Shown: one piece after another, positions 43,547-53,929 of the stretch | Numbering within the stretch: position 1 is the stretch's first letter | Layout of the letters: each line of letters begins with the position of its first letter | From: an uncultured delta proteobacterium | GTDB taxonomy: Bacteria; Desulfobacterota; Binatia; Binatales; Binataceae | Direction of reading: 5' to 3' | Length of the DNA stretch: 64,000 bases | NCBI GenBank assembly: GCA_963711565.1 | Contig: CAVQEQ010000001.1 | Location: forward strand, 800,001 to 864,000 | Translations under genes and position numbers: made by a program | Notes under the pieces: generated by a model | Database searches by the model: none | Told to the model about the DNA's origin: nothing | The model's input: the letters and a program-made list of their open reading frames with translations, nothing else

Positions 43547-45594
43547 CCGGCGAGCTGCTGCTTCAGCCGATCGGCGAGTCCGGAGAATCTTTCGGCGCGC
43601 GTGGCGATCGCATTGTTCAGCGTCGATTCGTCGCCAAGGATGACGACCGACGTTCTGCTGCGGCTCACTGCCGTATAGATGAGCTCCCGGGTCAACATCG
43701 CGACTGGTTTCTCGGGCAGAACGATCGCGATCGAATCGAACTCGGAGCCCTGCGCCTTGTGCACGGTCATCGCGTGGCTTAGCTCGACGAATTCTCGCAG
43801 CGCCTCGAATCGGAATGCGACGAAGTTGTCGCCGCGCGGAAATATCACCATCGGAAGTTGCGAGCCAGTGCCGCGCCGGACCCATAGTCCGATTCCGTTG
43901 TCGCCGTTGAAGAGTCCGCGTTCGTAGTCGTTGCGCAGCACGATCAGCGGCTCGCCAACCACGAATGGAGTGCGCTCCGCTGACACGCCCGCGGCTTCGG
44001 CGGCGCGCGAATGAAGGCGCGCGTTTATTCGCTCGGCGCCGGTCTCGAAGACCCGCGTCACGCACAAGATGCGCGATTTCCCGGCGTGCGCAAACAGGCG
44101 GCGCAATCGCACGCAGTCGGCGTCATCGAAACGGCCGTCGCGTTCCACGTATTCATGCGCAATCAGTTTTGCGATTTCCGTCCCGCCGCGAACTCGATCG
44201 GTCTGCCAGCGATCCAGAAACGAGCCGAGCTCGCGCGGAGCGGCCGCAAGAAATTCGACGCCGGTGAAGGCCAGCTCTTGCGGTGATGAGCGCCGCACTA
44301 CAATCGGCGCATTCGCGTCGTCAACCGAGTTCAGCAGATTGGCGTCACCGTCGTTAATGGACTGCGCCGCGAGCAAGATCGCTCGGCCTGCGGCATCTTC
44401 GCTGTTCATTCGATGATTCACTTCGAGTCGCATCGACGCCGCGGCGAGCGGACCGACCCGATCCTCGGCGGACGGAACCAGCGCGCCGAACACGGAGCCC
44501 GCGGCGACCGACGGCAACTGGTTTGCATCGCCAAGCAGGATCAACCGTGCGCCCGGCTGAATCGCGTTCGTCAGCCGCTCCATCAAAGTGACATCGAGCA
44601 TCGATCCCTCGTCAACAACAATCACCTTTGCTGAGAGGGGGTTATTGCGATGATGCCGGAAGCGGCGCGATTCGGGCGAATAACCAAGCAGGCGGTGAAT
44701 AGTCGCCGGCTCGAGATGCGCATCGAGGAGCGCCTGGTCCACAGCGTCGCGCTCTTCAATTCGAGTCAGCGATTCACTGATGCACTCGCCCATCCGATAG
44801 GCCGCTTTCCCCGTCGGAGCCGTCAGGGCAATCTGAGAAGGATCGACGCCAAGCCGCACCATCAGGCGCATGATCGCGACGACGATCAACGTCTTGCCGG
44901 TGCCGGGACCGCCCGAAATAACTGTCAATCCTGCGCGCGCCGAAGCGGTAATGACGCGACATTGTTCATCGGACATCGCAATCCGCTTGCCTTGCACAAT
45001 CACCGGACGAGCAATCACATCGTGAAGCGCGTGGGCAAGTTGTTCCGCGTCCGGTTGCTCCTCCGGACGAGTACTCAGCAGCGCAGCCAGTCGAATAGCC
45101 AGTTCGCGTTCACAGTAATAGATACTCTGATGCATTATGTACGGTGCGATATATAGTAGAGGCTTGTAGTCATCCTCTTGCTGACCGACAACGGCTGACG
45201 CACGGTTGGATTGGAGAAGAACGTCGATCGCAGTGGCTATCGTATCGACAGCACCGGCGCCAAAACCTTCCGCAGACAGGGCACTCAGTACGCGACGCAT
45301 TGGAGCGTAAGAGAGTGGGCCGGTTACCGGAAAGCGGGTACTTCCTTCCTGAAGCGCGACCAGAGAAACCAGAATGAGCACGATCAGCGCCATTCGGTCA
45401 TCGGCTTCCAGAGCCGGTTCAAGGGCGGCGAGCTCGGCGGCCAAGTGGACGGTCTCAGGGGCGAGATTGAGTCCGGCGACCGCGACCTCGAGCGCGCGCA
45501 TGCGCGCTTCGAAAGCGGACGGGCCGCCGCCGCGGGCCGATTCGAAGCGTCGCCACGCAGTATCCAGTCCGAGTAGTGAGTATCTATCGTTCAC
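43543..45594 (-). CDS. recD: Exodeoxyribonuclease V alpha subunit
   Basis: SGGPGTGKT, VVDEGSM, GDANQL, TVHKAQGSE, YTAVSR. Confidence 0.93.
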   Translation of the reverse strand: MNDRYSLLGLDTAWRRFESARGGGPSAFEARMRALEVAVAGLNLAPETVHLAAELAALEPALEADDRMALIVLILVSLVALQEGSTRFPVTGPLSYAPMRRVLSALSAEGFGAGAVDTIATAIDVLLQSNRASAVVGQQEDDYKPLLYIAPYIMHQSIYYCERELAIRLAALLSTRPEEQPDAEQLAHALHDVIARPVIVQGKRIAMSDEQCRVITASARAGLTVISGGPGTGKTLIVVAIMRLMVRLGVDPSQIALTAPTGKAAYRMGECISESLTRIEERDAVDQALLDAHLEPATIHRLLGYSPESRRFRHHRNNPLSAKVIVVDEGSMLDVTLMERLTNAIQPGARLILLGDANQLPSVAAGSVFGALVPSAEDRVGPLAAASMRLEVNHRMNSEDAAGRAILLAAQSINDGDANLLNSVDDANAPIVVRRSSPQELAFTGVEFLAAAPRELGSFLDRWQTDRVRGGTEIAKLIAHEYVERDGRFDDADCVRLRRLFAHAGKSRILCVTRVFETGAERINARLHSRAAEAAGVSAERTPFVVGEPLIVLRNDYERGLFNGDNGIGLWVRRGTGSQLPMVIFPRGDNFVAFRFEALREFVELSHAMTVHKAQGSEFDSIAIVLPEKPVAMLTRELIYTAVSRSRTSVVILGDESTLNNAIATRAERFSGLADRLKQQLAG

Positions 45595-48500
45595 GTAAAT
45601 AGCTCGGAGTCTGAGTTGTCATTCATCAGTTCGGATTCATAAGTGACTATTTCATTCCACGACGGTCGCGCGAAATAGAATCCAGTCTTGCCGTCACCGG
45701 GATGCAAGACGCCTCGAAGAAAGACATAGAGGAGGCCGCCGAATCTCGAGTCGTATTCGCGCTCGTTGTGGATAGCGAGCAGGCGTACTACACCGACTGA
45801 GTAAATTCGCGCCTGCAACCGGTAGTGGCGGTCAACGTGCCGCGCGACCGCGGCCGGCTCATACGACGGCAGCAGATCGCCCTTCCAATCGGCGAAGTAC
45901 ATCAGGTTGTCGCGCCGGAACACCAGATCGATGAACCCCTTGATGTAGCCGCGTCCGACCGTCCACGCGCCGTCCGGGCCGTCACCCAGCATCGTGTGAT
46001 GTCTCTCGGGAATCGGATACGCGAACTCCATTTCGCGGACCTCGGGAAGGCGGAACAGCCCGCCGCCGAGTTCCGTTTCACCGAGTGCGACCTTCGAGGT
46101 GAGAGCGTTGAAGACTATCTCGCGCCCGCGGTCCAGCCATCGCGGATCATTCACGCCGCGTCGGCGCATCGCACTTGCGAATAACTCGCGCACGTCTTTA
46201 CGCGCCATCCATGCTTGCAGATCCGGTGCGTCGCCAAAGGATTTGAAATCGAGCTTCTCGATGGCCTCGTGCAGGAAAATGCCGACGTGGCGGCCGCCGG
46301 GCAAATCGAAGCTGTCAACGCGCGCCTCGATCGCGTCGACACTGGTTTTGAATTCATCCGGCTCCGCCGCTTGGAGCGAGGTATAAGATTCGATGATCAG
46401 GCCTCGATGCGAGGTTCCTAAGTCGGCGAGCTCGCCATCGAGACCGGCTGGCCGCGACGTTGATTCGAGCCAGTCGCACAACGCGCTGTCGTCGAGCGGC
46501 GTCGCGACCTTCTCTGCTTCGACCGTTGAATCTGTCGGCTCCGGAACAACGACGGCTTCCGTCGTGAAGAGCGTCTTCGTTCGAGCGTCGCAATCGAGGG
46601 TGCGCAGTCGATCGTTTAATTGCTTGTAAGATCCTCTCAGGTCTTGCGTCAGTGTGTCGTCTGGAACGTACGGCAGTAACAGCTTCGCGCGCTCTCGGGT
46701 CAGCGCGACGTAGAGCAACCGCTGATCCTCCTCCGTCTTCTCTTTTGCGATCGCAATCTTGGCCAACTCCCGCGCGGGTTTGCCGATCGCGAGGCGCTGT
46801 TCATTTCCAAGATGAAAAATGCTGACAGGATCGGGGAGAGTGCTCGCGAAGAATCCGCCGTAGAGTGCAACTACGTCAGCCTCGAGGCCTTTGCTCTTGT
46901 GGATCGTCATGACTTGCACGGCGTCGCGGTCGTCTTCGAAGCGTTGCACGTTGGGATCGTCCCCCGCCGGGCTGGTACGCTCCGAAATATACGCGTCCAG
47001 AAATTCGATTATTTCGGCGAGCACAACTCCGTGCCGCGATGCATTCTGAATCAGAATCTCGAAGATGTGTTCATAGTTCGTGAGTTCACGGCGGCCGTCG
47101 GACAAAAGCAACTCGCGCTCGACCAGTCCGCTCTGATGGAGCAGTGCATCGAACAAATCGGCGAAACGTCCGGCCTCGGCAAGCGCGCGCCATTCGAACA
47201 GCCTTTCAAGCATCGGCTGCGAATTGCGCTCGTCGTCAAGGCGCGCAAGGTCGCTGTGATCGACGGCGAAGAAAGGCGTTGCCCACGCCCTGAGCCGGTT
47301 CGACCGCCGGCCGGGCTCGTCGATTCCCCTGAGCACGTCGAGAATGTAGGCGGCCTCGCGAGTCTGGAACAGCCCGTCCTGCTTGTAGAAGGCGTAGGGA
47401 ACGCCGGCCTGGCGCAAGTATTTGCCAATTTCGGCGCTCTCGCGATTGGTCCGGGTAAGGACGTAAACGTCTCGAGCTGAAATTCTGCGCGGCTCTTTTC
47501 CCTCGTCGCAAATTTTGATCGCGTGTTCCGGCTCCAGGATGATGCGGCTTATCGCTTGTGCGATTCGCATACCGATTGCTTCGCGCATGCGCCGCGAAAA
47601 CTTGTATCGGTCATCGCGGGGCTGGAACTTCAGAAGAGTTACCGGCACGATCGACTCGCCGTTCGTCGCGATGGCTCTGAGAGCAGGACTCCCGCACGTC
47701 ACTGGATGACTATAAGTGATCTCGCCATTGAACAGCGGAACCGAGGCGCTTTGATCGAACAGCAGATTGCACGCGTCGATCATTTCCGAGGTCGATCGGA
47801 AATTCTCGCGCAGGGGAACGGTCGTCGCTCCCGCCTCGGAGAGTTGCTTGCAGGCTTCGAGGTAAGCGTGAACGTCGGCGCCGCGGAATCCGTAAATGGC
47901 CTGCTTGGGATCTCCGATTACGTAAACGAGATTGCCGCCGCCGCCCTCGACGAACACCTCGCGAAAGATTTTCCACTGAAGTTCGTCCGTGTCCTGGAAT
48001 TCGTCGATCAGCGTAACGCGGTAACGATCGCGCAACGTCGCCGCGAGCGATTTGCCGCGAGGCCCCTCGAGCGCGTCGGCCAGCCACGCCAGCATGTCCT
48101 CATAGTCGAGCGTTCCGCGCTCGCGCTTCCGCGCGTCCATCCGGTTGACGACGGCTGGCAGCAATTCGTCCACCAGACGCTGATCGATGGCCAGCGCGGC
48201 CTGCACTCGCTCTGTTGCGTTGATGACCAGGCGCACGCGATCCGTCATCTGGTCGGGAAAAAGCGGGCGCTTTTCATTTCGCGTGCGGCGGACGCTCTTT
48301 GGATCGCAGATGCGATCGAGATTGAAGCTGCATAGACCTTGGGCGAGGAACCTGGTCGATCCGTTCGCTTGATCTACGATCAACTTCAGCTCTTCCGTCG
48401 CTGCGATAGCTTCGAGCCGGGCATCCTCTGTGATCGCCGCACGCTGGTACGCGTCGATCAGCACTTCTGCATCGAACGCGCTCGCGAGATCGGTCAACGC

Positions 48501-49085
48501 CTGCTGATTGAGATCGCGCCCCGCGGTTCGCAAGTAGCGTTGAGCGTGGGCCCGCCACAGCAGATCCTCGAGCTTCGCTGAAGTGCGCCCCTCATCCGAG
48601 AACCATTCCGCGATGAGCCGCTGGACGCTTTCGTCCGACTTCAGCCGTTCGCGCAACTCGGCGCGAATGGCCTCGTGAAACTCGAGCCGGCCGCGCGCAA
48701 GATCAAGTCCAAATCGAACGCCGCTGTCGAAAGCGAGTTCGGTAAGCATTCGATGGCAGAAGCTGTGAATCGTGTGGATCGGCGCATGATGAAATGTATC
48801 CAGCGCGGTCCTCAGCCTGTTCCGCTCGCCGTCAGCAAGATCATGCCCGGACAGCACGGCCTCGATCGTCGCACGGATTCGCGAGCGGAGTTCGGCGGTC
48901 GCCTTCTCGGTGAACGTCACGATCAGGATTTGATCGAATTGAGCGGTACCGGTGCGAAGAAGGTCGACGACGATCTGCTCAATCGTAAACGTCTTGCCGG
49001 TGCCCGCGCTGGCGTCGATAACCTTGTGCCGGCCGTCGAGAATCTGATCGAGGATCGCGGGCCGATGGTATTCGGTCGCACTCAT
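45591..49085 (-). CDS. recB: Exodeoxyribonuclease V beta subunit (helicase plus nuclease)
   Basis: ASAGTGKT, DEFQD, GDPKQAIY.FRG, TIHKSKGLE; nuclease GFIDL..DWK..Q.Y. Confidence 0.93.
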   Translation of the reverse strand: MSATEYHRPAILDQILDGRHKVIDASAGTGKTFTIEQIVVDLLRTGTAQFDQILIVTFTEKATAELRSRIRATIEAVLSGHDLADGERNRLRTALDTFHHAPIHTIHSFCHRMLTELAFDSGVRFGLDLARGRLEFHEAIRAELRERLKSDESVQRLIAEWFSDEGRTSAKLEDLLWRAHAQRYLRTAGRDLNQQALTDLASAFDAEVLIDAYQRAAITEDARLEAIAATEELKLIVDQANGSTRFLAQGLCSFNLDRICDPKSVRRTRNEKRPLFPDQMTDRVRLVINATERVQAALAIDQRLVDELLPAVVNRMDARKRERGTLDYEDMLAWLADALEGPRGKSLAATLRDRYRVTLIDEFQDTDELQWKIFREVFVEGGGGNLVYVIGDPKQAIYGFRGADVHAYLEACKQLSEAGATTVPLRENFRSTSEMIDACNLLFDQSASVPLFNGEITYSHPVTCGSPALRAIATNGESIVPVTLLKFQPRDDRYKFSRRMREAIGMRIAQAISRIILEPEHAIKICDEGKEPRRISARDVYVLTRTNRESAEIGKYLRQAGVPYAFYKQDGLFQTREAAYILDVLRGIDEPGRRSNRLRAWATPFFAVDHSDLARLDDERNSQPMLERLFEWRALAEAGRFADLFDALLHQSGLVERELLLSDGRRELTNYEHIFEILIQNASRHGVVLAEIIEFLDAYISERTSPAGDDPNVQRFEDDRDAVQVMTIHKSKGLEADVVALYGGFFASTLPDPVSIFHLGNEQRLAIGKPARELAKIAIAKEKTEEDQRLLYVALTRERAKLLLPYVPDDTLTQDLRGSYKQLNDRLRTLDCDARTKTLFTTEAVVVPEPTDSTVEAEKVATPLDDSALCDWLESTSRPAGLDGELADLGTSHRGLIIESYTSLQAAEPDEFKTSVDAIEARVDSFDLPGGRHVGIFLHEAIEKLDFKSFGDAPDLQAWMARKDVRELFASAMRRRGVNDPRWLDRGREIVFNALTSKVALGETELGGGLFRLPEVREMEFAYPIPERHHTMLGDGPDGAWTVGRGYIKGFIDLVFRRDNLMYFADWKGDLLPSYEPAAVARHVDRHYRLQARIYSVGVVRLLAIHNEREYDSRFGGLLYVFLRGVLHPGDGKTGFYFARPSWNEIVTYESELMNDNSDSELFT

Positions 49086-52000
49086 TTGAATATCCCAATT
49101 ATTGGCCCAAAGCGGCGGGCGACGATCGCTTCGATCTCTTCTTCACTCGGAGGATCGAAATCGACGGCATTTCGCACTGGTCCGTATTCGGAGCTGCTCC
49201 GCGAGAAATCGTTGAAGCGGACGACGTTGACAGTTTCGATCAGGTCATGAGGCTCAGCGGGCTTGTTAAACACCTTAACGACTTGCTCGACCGCTTCGAT
49301 CGGCAAGAAGTAGTCGTTGCCCGTCGAGAGTAGATCGCCTGCGACGGTTGCCAGAAAGGCGAGCGCCGAGTCGCGGTCGATCATCGTGAACTCGCGAATC
49401 CATTCTTTCGGATTTGTCGATTCCGTTCCGATCACGAGTGCGCGAAATTTGTCCGGCAACTTCGCACCCGTGGCAGCGAGAACGATCGCGTTCAGAAATG
49501 CCGGGAGAAAATCTTTCGGCTTGACCTTCTTGTGCATCACGCAGTTGATCGCAACGCCTGTCTCCGCCGAAACGCCACGAATCGTTCCGTAGAGGCCCAC
49601 GCGCTGCGTAGTCGTTCCATCGTGACGGCGCACTTCTACGTCGAGCGCAATCGGAGCAAGAATCTCGGCGGCCTCTGCGAACTCGTCCGCGCGTCCGATT
49701 CGGATATCCTTCCATCCGGCGAAATCGCTCACGCCGGCTTGGGAAGCCTGCGCGATCCATTTGCAAAGCGCCGACGTGTCAGCCTTTTCAGCGGCCTCAG
49801 CGAACTGCCCGGCGGGAGCCTGCCCGTAGGTCTGCGCAATGCGGATTTCGCGCGCGTACTCTTCGTCGAGGACATCGAGCTTGCCGCCGGCACGCCAGAA
49901 GACATTGCGCAGCGTGACAACGCGATCGAGTCGCGACTGCTCGATCGGTTCATCCTCCGCCTCCTCCGGCGCATCCTCGTCCTCGAGCATTCCAAGCGAA
50001 TAGCGCGCGGCGCCTTGCAGAGGACATTCCAGATATTTTCGAATCGCCGCAATCGGCAGTGCGAGCTCTTCCGCCGGCGCTGAGTTTGTTGCGGTCTGCG
50101 GTGATTCGAATTTGGCGAACTGGAGATCCTTTTCGACGCGCGCGCGCAATTTCGCACCAAGACTATCCAGCAGCCTGTCACCGTCCAGTTTTGTTCGGCC
50201 AGGTGTGGCGGCATCAATCTTTTCTCGGAGCGCGAGCATCCGGGCACCGCGGCGCGCATCCAGGTCGAAGCTTACGAATCCAGGCTCGCACTCTGACGAA
50301 GCGTCTGCGTTGAATTCTGGAAAATATTTCAAGTCGTAGCGGCTGGTCGGATGTTTCACCGTCAGCATCTCGAGCGTTTTCGCATCGACGAAGCCGAGCA
50401 GCATCTCCTGCATTTCACGAATGACCGGCGAGGGTTCCAGGTCGTCGCCGGTCTTCGCGTTGCGCGCGATGTAGGACAAAAAAATCCGCTCGCGCGCCGC
50501 CAGGATCGTCTCGAGGAACAAATAGCGGTCGCGCTCTGCCGGAGAGACATCTCCGGCGACGCGCTTGAGCGTCCGCAAATCGAGCGGATCGCTATGTTCG
50601 CGCTCGGGAAAGACCGCGTCATTCAGCCCGAGCCCAAAAATCACTTTGAATGGAATTGAGCGCAGCGACGTAAGCGATCCAATCGCGACGCCGCGCCCTG
50701 AGTATTGTCCGCGGCGCGATTCGAGATCGGTGACTCGCGCCGCGACGATCTCGCGCGCCGACTCGTACGACATCGGACCGACGCGCAGTGCCGAGTCGCC
50801 AATCGCCTCGATCGCTTCGAGGAACCTGTCCCTGACCTGCTCGTCGAGCGCGCCCTCCGGGCGGATGTACGCGCTTACAAATTCGCCGAGCATCAGCGAC
50901 CATTCCCGCGGCGTCAGGCGCGCATCGCGAATCAAAAGCGCGTCGGCGATCAACGTCCGCGCCATCCGCATGAATCGCGCGGCCGACTCGAGTTCATCCT
51001 GCGCGACTTCGCCCGGCAAATAGCTCGGCGCCGTTGCTCCGCTGGCATAATACGCGGGATTTCCGCCGCGCTGAGCCGTCACCATGGTGCCAAGCGCGAG
51101 GCGTTTGATCGCCTGATCCCAATGGTAGAGGCCGCGCGGGATGTAGGTATCCTTCAGGTCGTAGTCGTCGGCGCCGAAGAAAATCCCCAGCGCCTCGCTC
51201 CATCGCCGCCACTTCTTGAGATCGATTCCGGTATCGCTTTCGTTGTTCAGCGCGGGATGCGTCAACAGCCGGATCATCTCGGCGCGCGAGAAGCGGCCCT
51301 TCGGCAACTGCAGAAGCAAGTTGACGGCTTCGGCGACGCGACTCGCGCCGGCGAGACTGCGGCTGACTAGATCGATCGGGATTCGATGCTGCTTGCGAAA
51401 GACGCTCTCGATTTGCGCCACGTAGTCGTCAACCGCCGAGTCTGGAATCAGCACCGCGATTTCGTGAAAGCGAATGCGCTCGGCGTTGCCCTCGGCGGCA
51501 AGTTTTTCGTTGCTGCGAACGATCGACCAGATTTCGTTCGCAACAATTTCCGCTTCGCGCCGGATTCCCGGACATGCGAGGAAACTGATTCGCGGTTCCG
51601 ACGGCTTGCCCCGGCCATTCTCGACATGCGCGGGCTCGGGCGCGCGATCGAGGATATTTTGCTGAAGCTGTTCGAGCACCGTCGGCGTTTCGCCGGAGAC
51701 CGGATCGGAGAAAAGCGGTGCAAAGTCGCATTGCGACAGTTCGTTGAGCAGCCGGATGTATTCGCGGCCCGGCCGCCCCCAGAGCCGCAGTGCGGGCGGG
51801 TCGGGCGATCCATTCAACAAGAAAGGGTCTTCGGATTCGTCCAGTTTCTCGCCGACTCTGTCCTGCCGATGAGCCCATCCGCTCAGCGCGCCGCGGCGTG
51901 AGGTATCAACGTCGTCCCAAAACTCGCGGCATGGATTGAGCGCGTATATCCGAATGTCGCCGAGCGCGCCGAGCCGCGCGAAAATGTCGGCATAAGCATT

Positions 52001-52687
52001 TCCGGCGTACGAGGAACCGAACACATGAAGCGTACTGTGCATCAACGCTTTGAGTTGCCGGTCGTCGATCGCCTCGAAAGCGTCGGGCAGCATCATCAGT
52101 CGAGTCTCGCGCAGCGACAGCCATTCCTCACGCACGCGACCGTGCGAATCGAAAACCGACTGCCACAAATGCCGCTGCCATCGCTCGGTCTCGCTCATCG
52201 CGTTGAGGTCGGAGCGCCGGGCGGCGCGCCACTTCACGATCATGCGCCGCCGCGAAATCGAGTATTCACGAAACAGCCGCGCCAACTGCGCGGCCAGCAA
52301 GAGTGTTCTGAGCTCGACATCGGCGTCAGTTTTGGAACCCCCGAGGATGTAGTCGCGCGCGGGCTTCATGTCGGGGTCGTTGCGATGGCTGGAGCTTCGC
52401 AAGCACTCGAAGATGACGAGCTGGAGCTCATCGGCCTCGAGGATCCTGAGGTTCTTGTCCGTCGATTGGAGAAGCTCGGCGAGATAGCCGCGCAGGAACG
52501 GGAACTTCAAATTTGCCGCGACGCCGATCGATTCGGCCAGCCGATAGCGAACGAATTGCTCGACGACGCGGTTCGGCACGACAATCGAGACCCGCTCGAG
52601 CGGATCGCGTCTCTGATGCGCGGCTACGGCTTCGGCCAGCGGTGCGATCAGATTTTCGAGTCGATTTGAGTAATGAAGACGAATCAT
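49082..52687 (-). CDS. recC: Exodeoxyribonuclease V gamma subunit
   Basis: YSNRLENL, LNPCREFW, DRYLFLE; first gene of the overlapping recC-recB-recD operon. Confidence 0.92.
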   Translation of the reverse strand: MIRLHYSNRLENLIAPLAEAVAAHQRRDPLERVSIVVPNRVVEQFVRYRLAESIGVAANLKFPFLRGYLAELLQSTDKNLRILEADELQLVIFECLRSSSHRNDPDMKPARDYILGGSKTDADVELRTLLLAAQLARLFREYSISRRRMIVKWRAARRSDLNAMSETERWQRHLWQSVFDSHGRVREEWLSLRETRLMMLPDAFEAIDDRQLKALMHSTLHVFGSSYAGNAYADIFARLGALGDIRIYALNPCREFWDDVDTSRRGALSGWAHRQDRVGEKLDESEDPFLLNGSPDPPALRLWGRPGREYIRLLNELSQCDFAPLFSDPVSGETPTVLEQLQQNILDRAPEPAHVENGRGKPSEPRISFLACPGIRREAEIVANEIWSIVRSNEKLAAEGNAERIRFHEIAVLIPDSAVDDYVAQIESVFRKQHRIPIDLVSRSLAGASRVAEAVNLLLQLPKGRFSRAEMIRLLTHPALNNESDTGIDLKKWRRWSEALGIFFGADDYDLKDTYIPRGLYHWDQAIKRLALGTMVTAQRGGNPAYYASGATAPSYLPGEVAQDELESAARFMRMARTLIADALLIRDARLTPREWSLMLGEFVSAYIRPEGALDEQVRDRFLEAIEAIGDSALRVGPMSYESAREIVAARVTDLESRRGQYSGRGVAIGSLTSLRSIPFKVIFGLGLNDAVFPEREHSDPLDLRTLKRVAGDVSPAERDRYLFLETILAARERIFLSYIARNAKTGDDLEPSPVIREMQEMLLGFVDAKTLEMLTVKHPTSRYDLKYFPEFNADASSECEPGFVSFDLDARRGARMLALREKIDAATPGRTKLDGDRLLDSLGAKLRARVEKDLQFAKFESPQTATNSAPAEELALPIAAIRKYLECPLQGAARYSLGMLEDEDAPEEAEDEPIEQSRLDRVVTLRNVFWRAGGKLDVLDEEYAREIRIAQTYGQAPAGQFAEAAEKADTSALCKWIAQASQAGVSDFAGWKDIRIGRADEFAEAAEILAPIALDVEVRRHDGTTTQRVGLYGTIRGVSAETGVAINCVMHKKVKPKDFLPAFLNAIVLAATGAKLPDKFRALVIGTESTNPKEWIREFTMIDRDSALAFLATVAGDLLSTGNDYFLPIEAVEQVVKVFNKPAEPHDLIETVNVVRFNDFSRSSSEYGPVRNAVDFDPPSEEEIEAIVARRFGPIIGIFK

Positions 52688-52723
52688 CGCGGCACAACTA
52701 TGGATCGCGGCCCGGCGTTTAGG

Positions 52724-52755
52724 AATCTATATCGGCATAGTGACAACGGTTGTCA
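52724..52755 (-). promoter_or_regulatory. Palindromic operator TGACAAC-G-GTTGTCA plus promoter TGTC-N12-TAGATT facing recC
   Basis: Perfect inverted repeat at 52741-52755; -10-like TAGATT at 52729-52724 on the minus strand. Confidence 0.7.
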
Positions 52756-52784
52756 TCCAAGAAATGAGATGATTGGATGTGCGC

Positions 52785-53812
52785 ATGAAGAAACTTCACC
52801 GCAAACCGACCTATGGCGCCGCGATACGGCTGGCGCGAATCGCCGCGGGATTATTCTCAAGGCCGTACGGCTGGAGTTTCAAATCGATCGCCGAAAGCCT
52901 GGACGTTTCCGAGCGCACGCTCGCCCGTTACGTCGCGGTGTTGCGCAGCGAGCTGCTCGACTGGCACGGCGGCCCGCTGGTCGAAGTTGTCGGCACGGGT
53001 GGCGAGCGCAAACTCCGCCTGGTCAGTTCGATGAAGGCCGCGGAGGCGTCGTCGTACCAGGTCGCGCTGCTGTATTTCTCGCTGACGGTGCTCAAGTTCC
53101 TGGAGGGCACGGTGTTGAAGGAGGGCGTCGAGGGCCTGTGGGAGAAGGTTTTTCAGAACCTGAGCCTGACGCAGCAGACGCGGCTGTCCGACCTCGAGCG
53201 CAAGTTTTACGCCGTCCCTTACGCGCCCAAGGACTACACCGATTTTAGCGAGCAGCTCGACGTGATCCTGCGTGCGCTGCTGGATCAGACTCGCCTGAAA
53301 GTCGATTACGCCGGTCTGACCGGCGAGGGCCGGAACATGACTTCGACCCGTACTCGCTGATTGCCTATCGCGGCGGTCTCTATCTGCTCGGCCACAGCGA
53401 TCGAAGCAAAGCGATCATTTATCTCGCGGTGGAGCGAATCCGATCGGTCGAGTTCGCTCGCGAGCCCGATGGCACTCCTGTGCGATTCATTTTTCCGCGC
53501 AACTTCGATCCGGCTTCACATACCGAAGGGACTTTCGGAATTGTGGACGGCCCCGAGACCAAAGTCGAACTGAAGATTCACAGCGAGCAGACCGAGGCGT
53601 ACGTGCGTTCGCGCACGATTCATCGCAGCCAGCGTTTCACGCATCGCCGCGACGGCACAACGATCATGACGATGACCGTCATGGGCACGACGGAGCTGGC
53701 GAACTGGATAATGAGCATGGGGCCGTGGATCGAGGTGCTCAAGCCCGCCACTTTGCGCAAGGAAATCGCGCAGCGCCACGCCAAAGCCGCGCGTCTCTAC
53801 CGCGCCCGCTAG
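52785..53812 (+). CDS. HTH-WYL-WCX transcriptional regulator, frameshifted near 53333
   Basis: HTH IAESLDVSERTLARY. Adding one base gives GREHDFDPYSLIAYRGGLYL...VERI (WYL). WCX: ELANWIMSMGPWIEVLKPATLR. Confidence 0.88.
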
Positions 53813-53929
53813 TACGCTTGCAGGCATCCGACCGCCGGTCCATTCTGTCACGTGATTTACGTTACTCAGTAGGATGTCGGCGGCCCACGCGTACGGCGTG
53901 GTTGTCCGGGAGGAACTCCTATCAATAGC

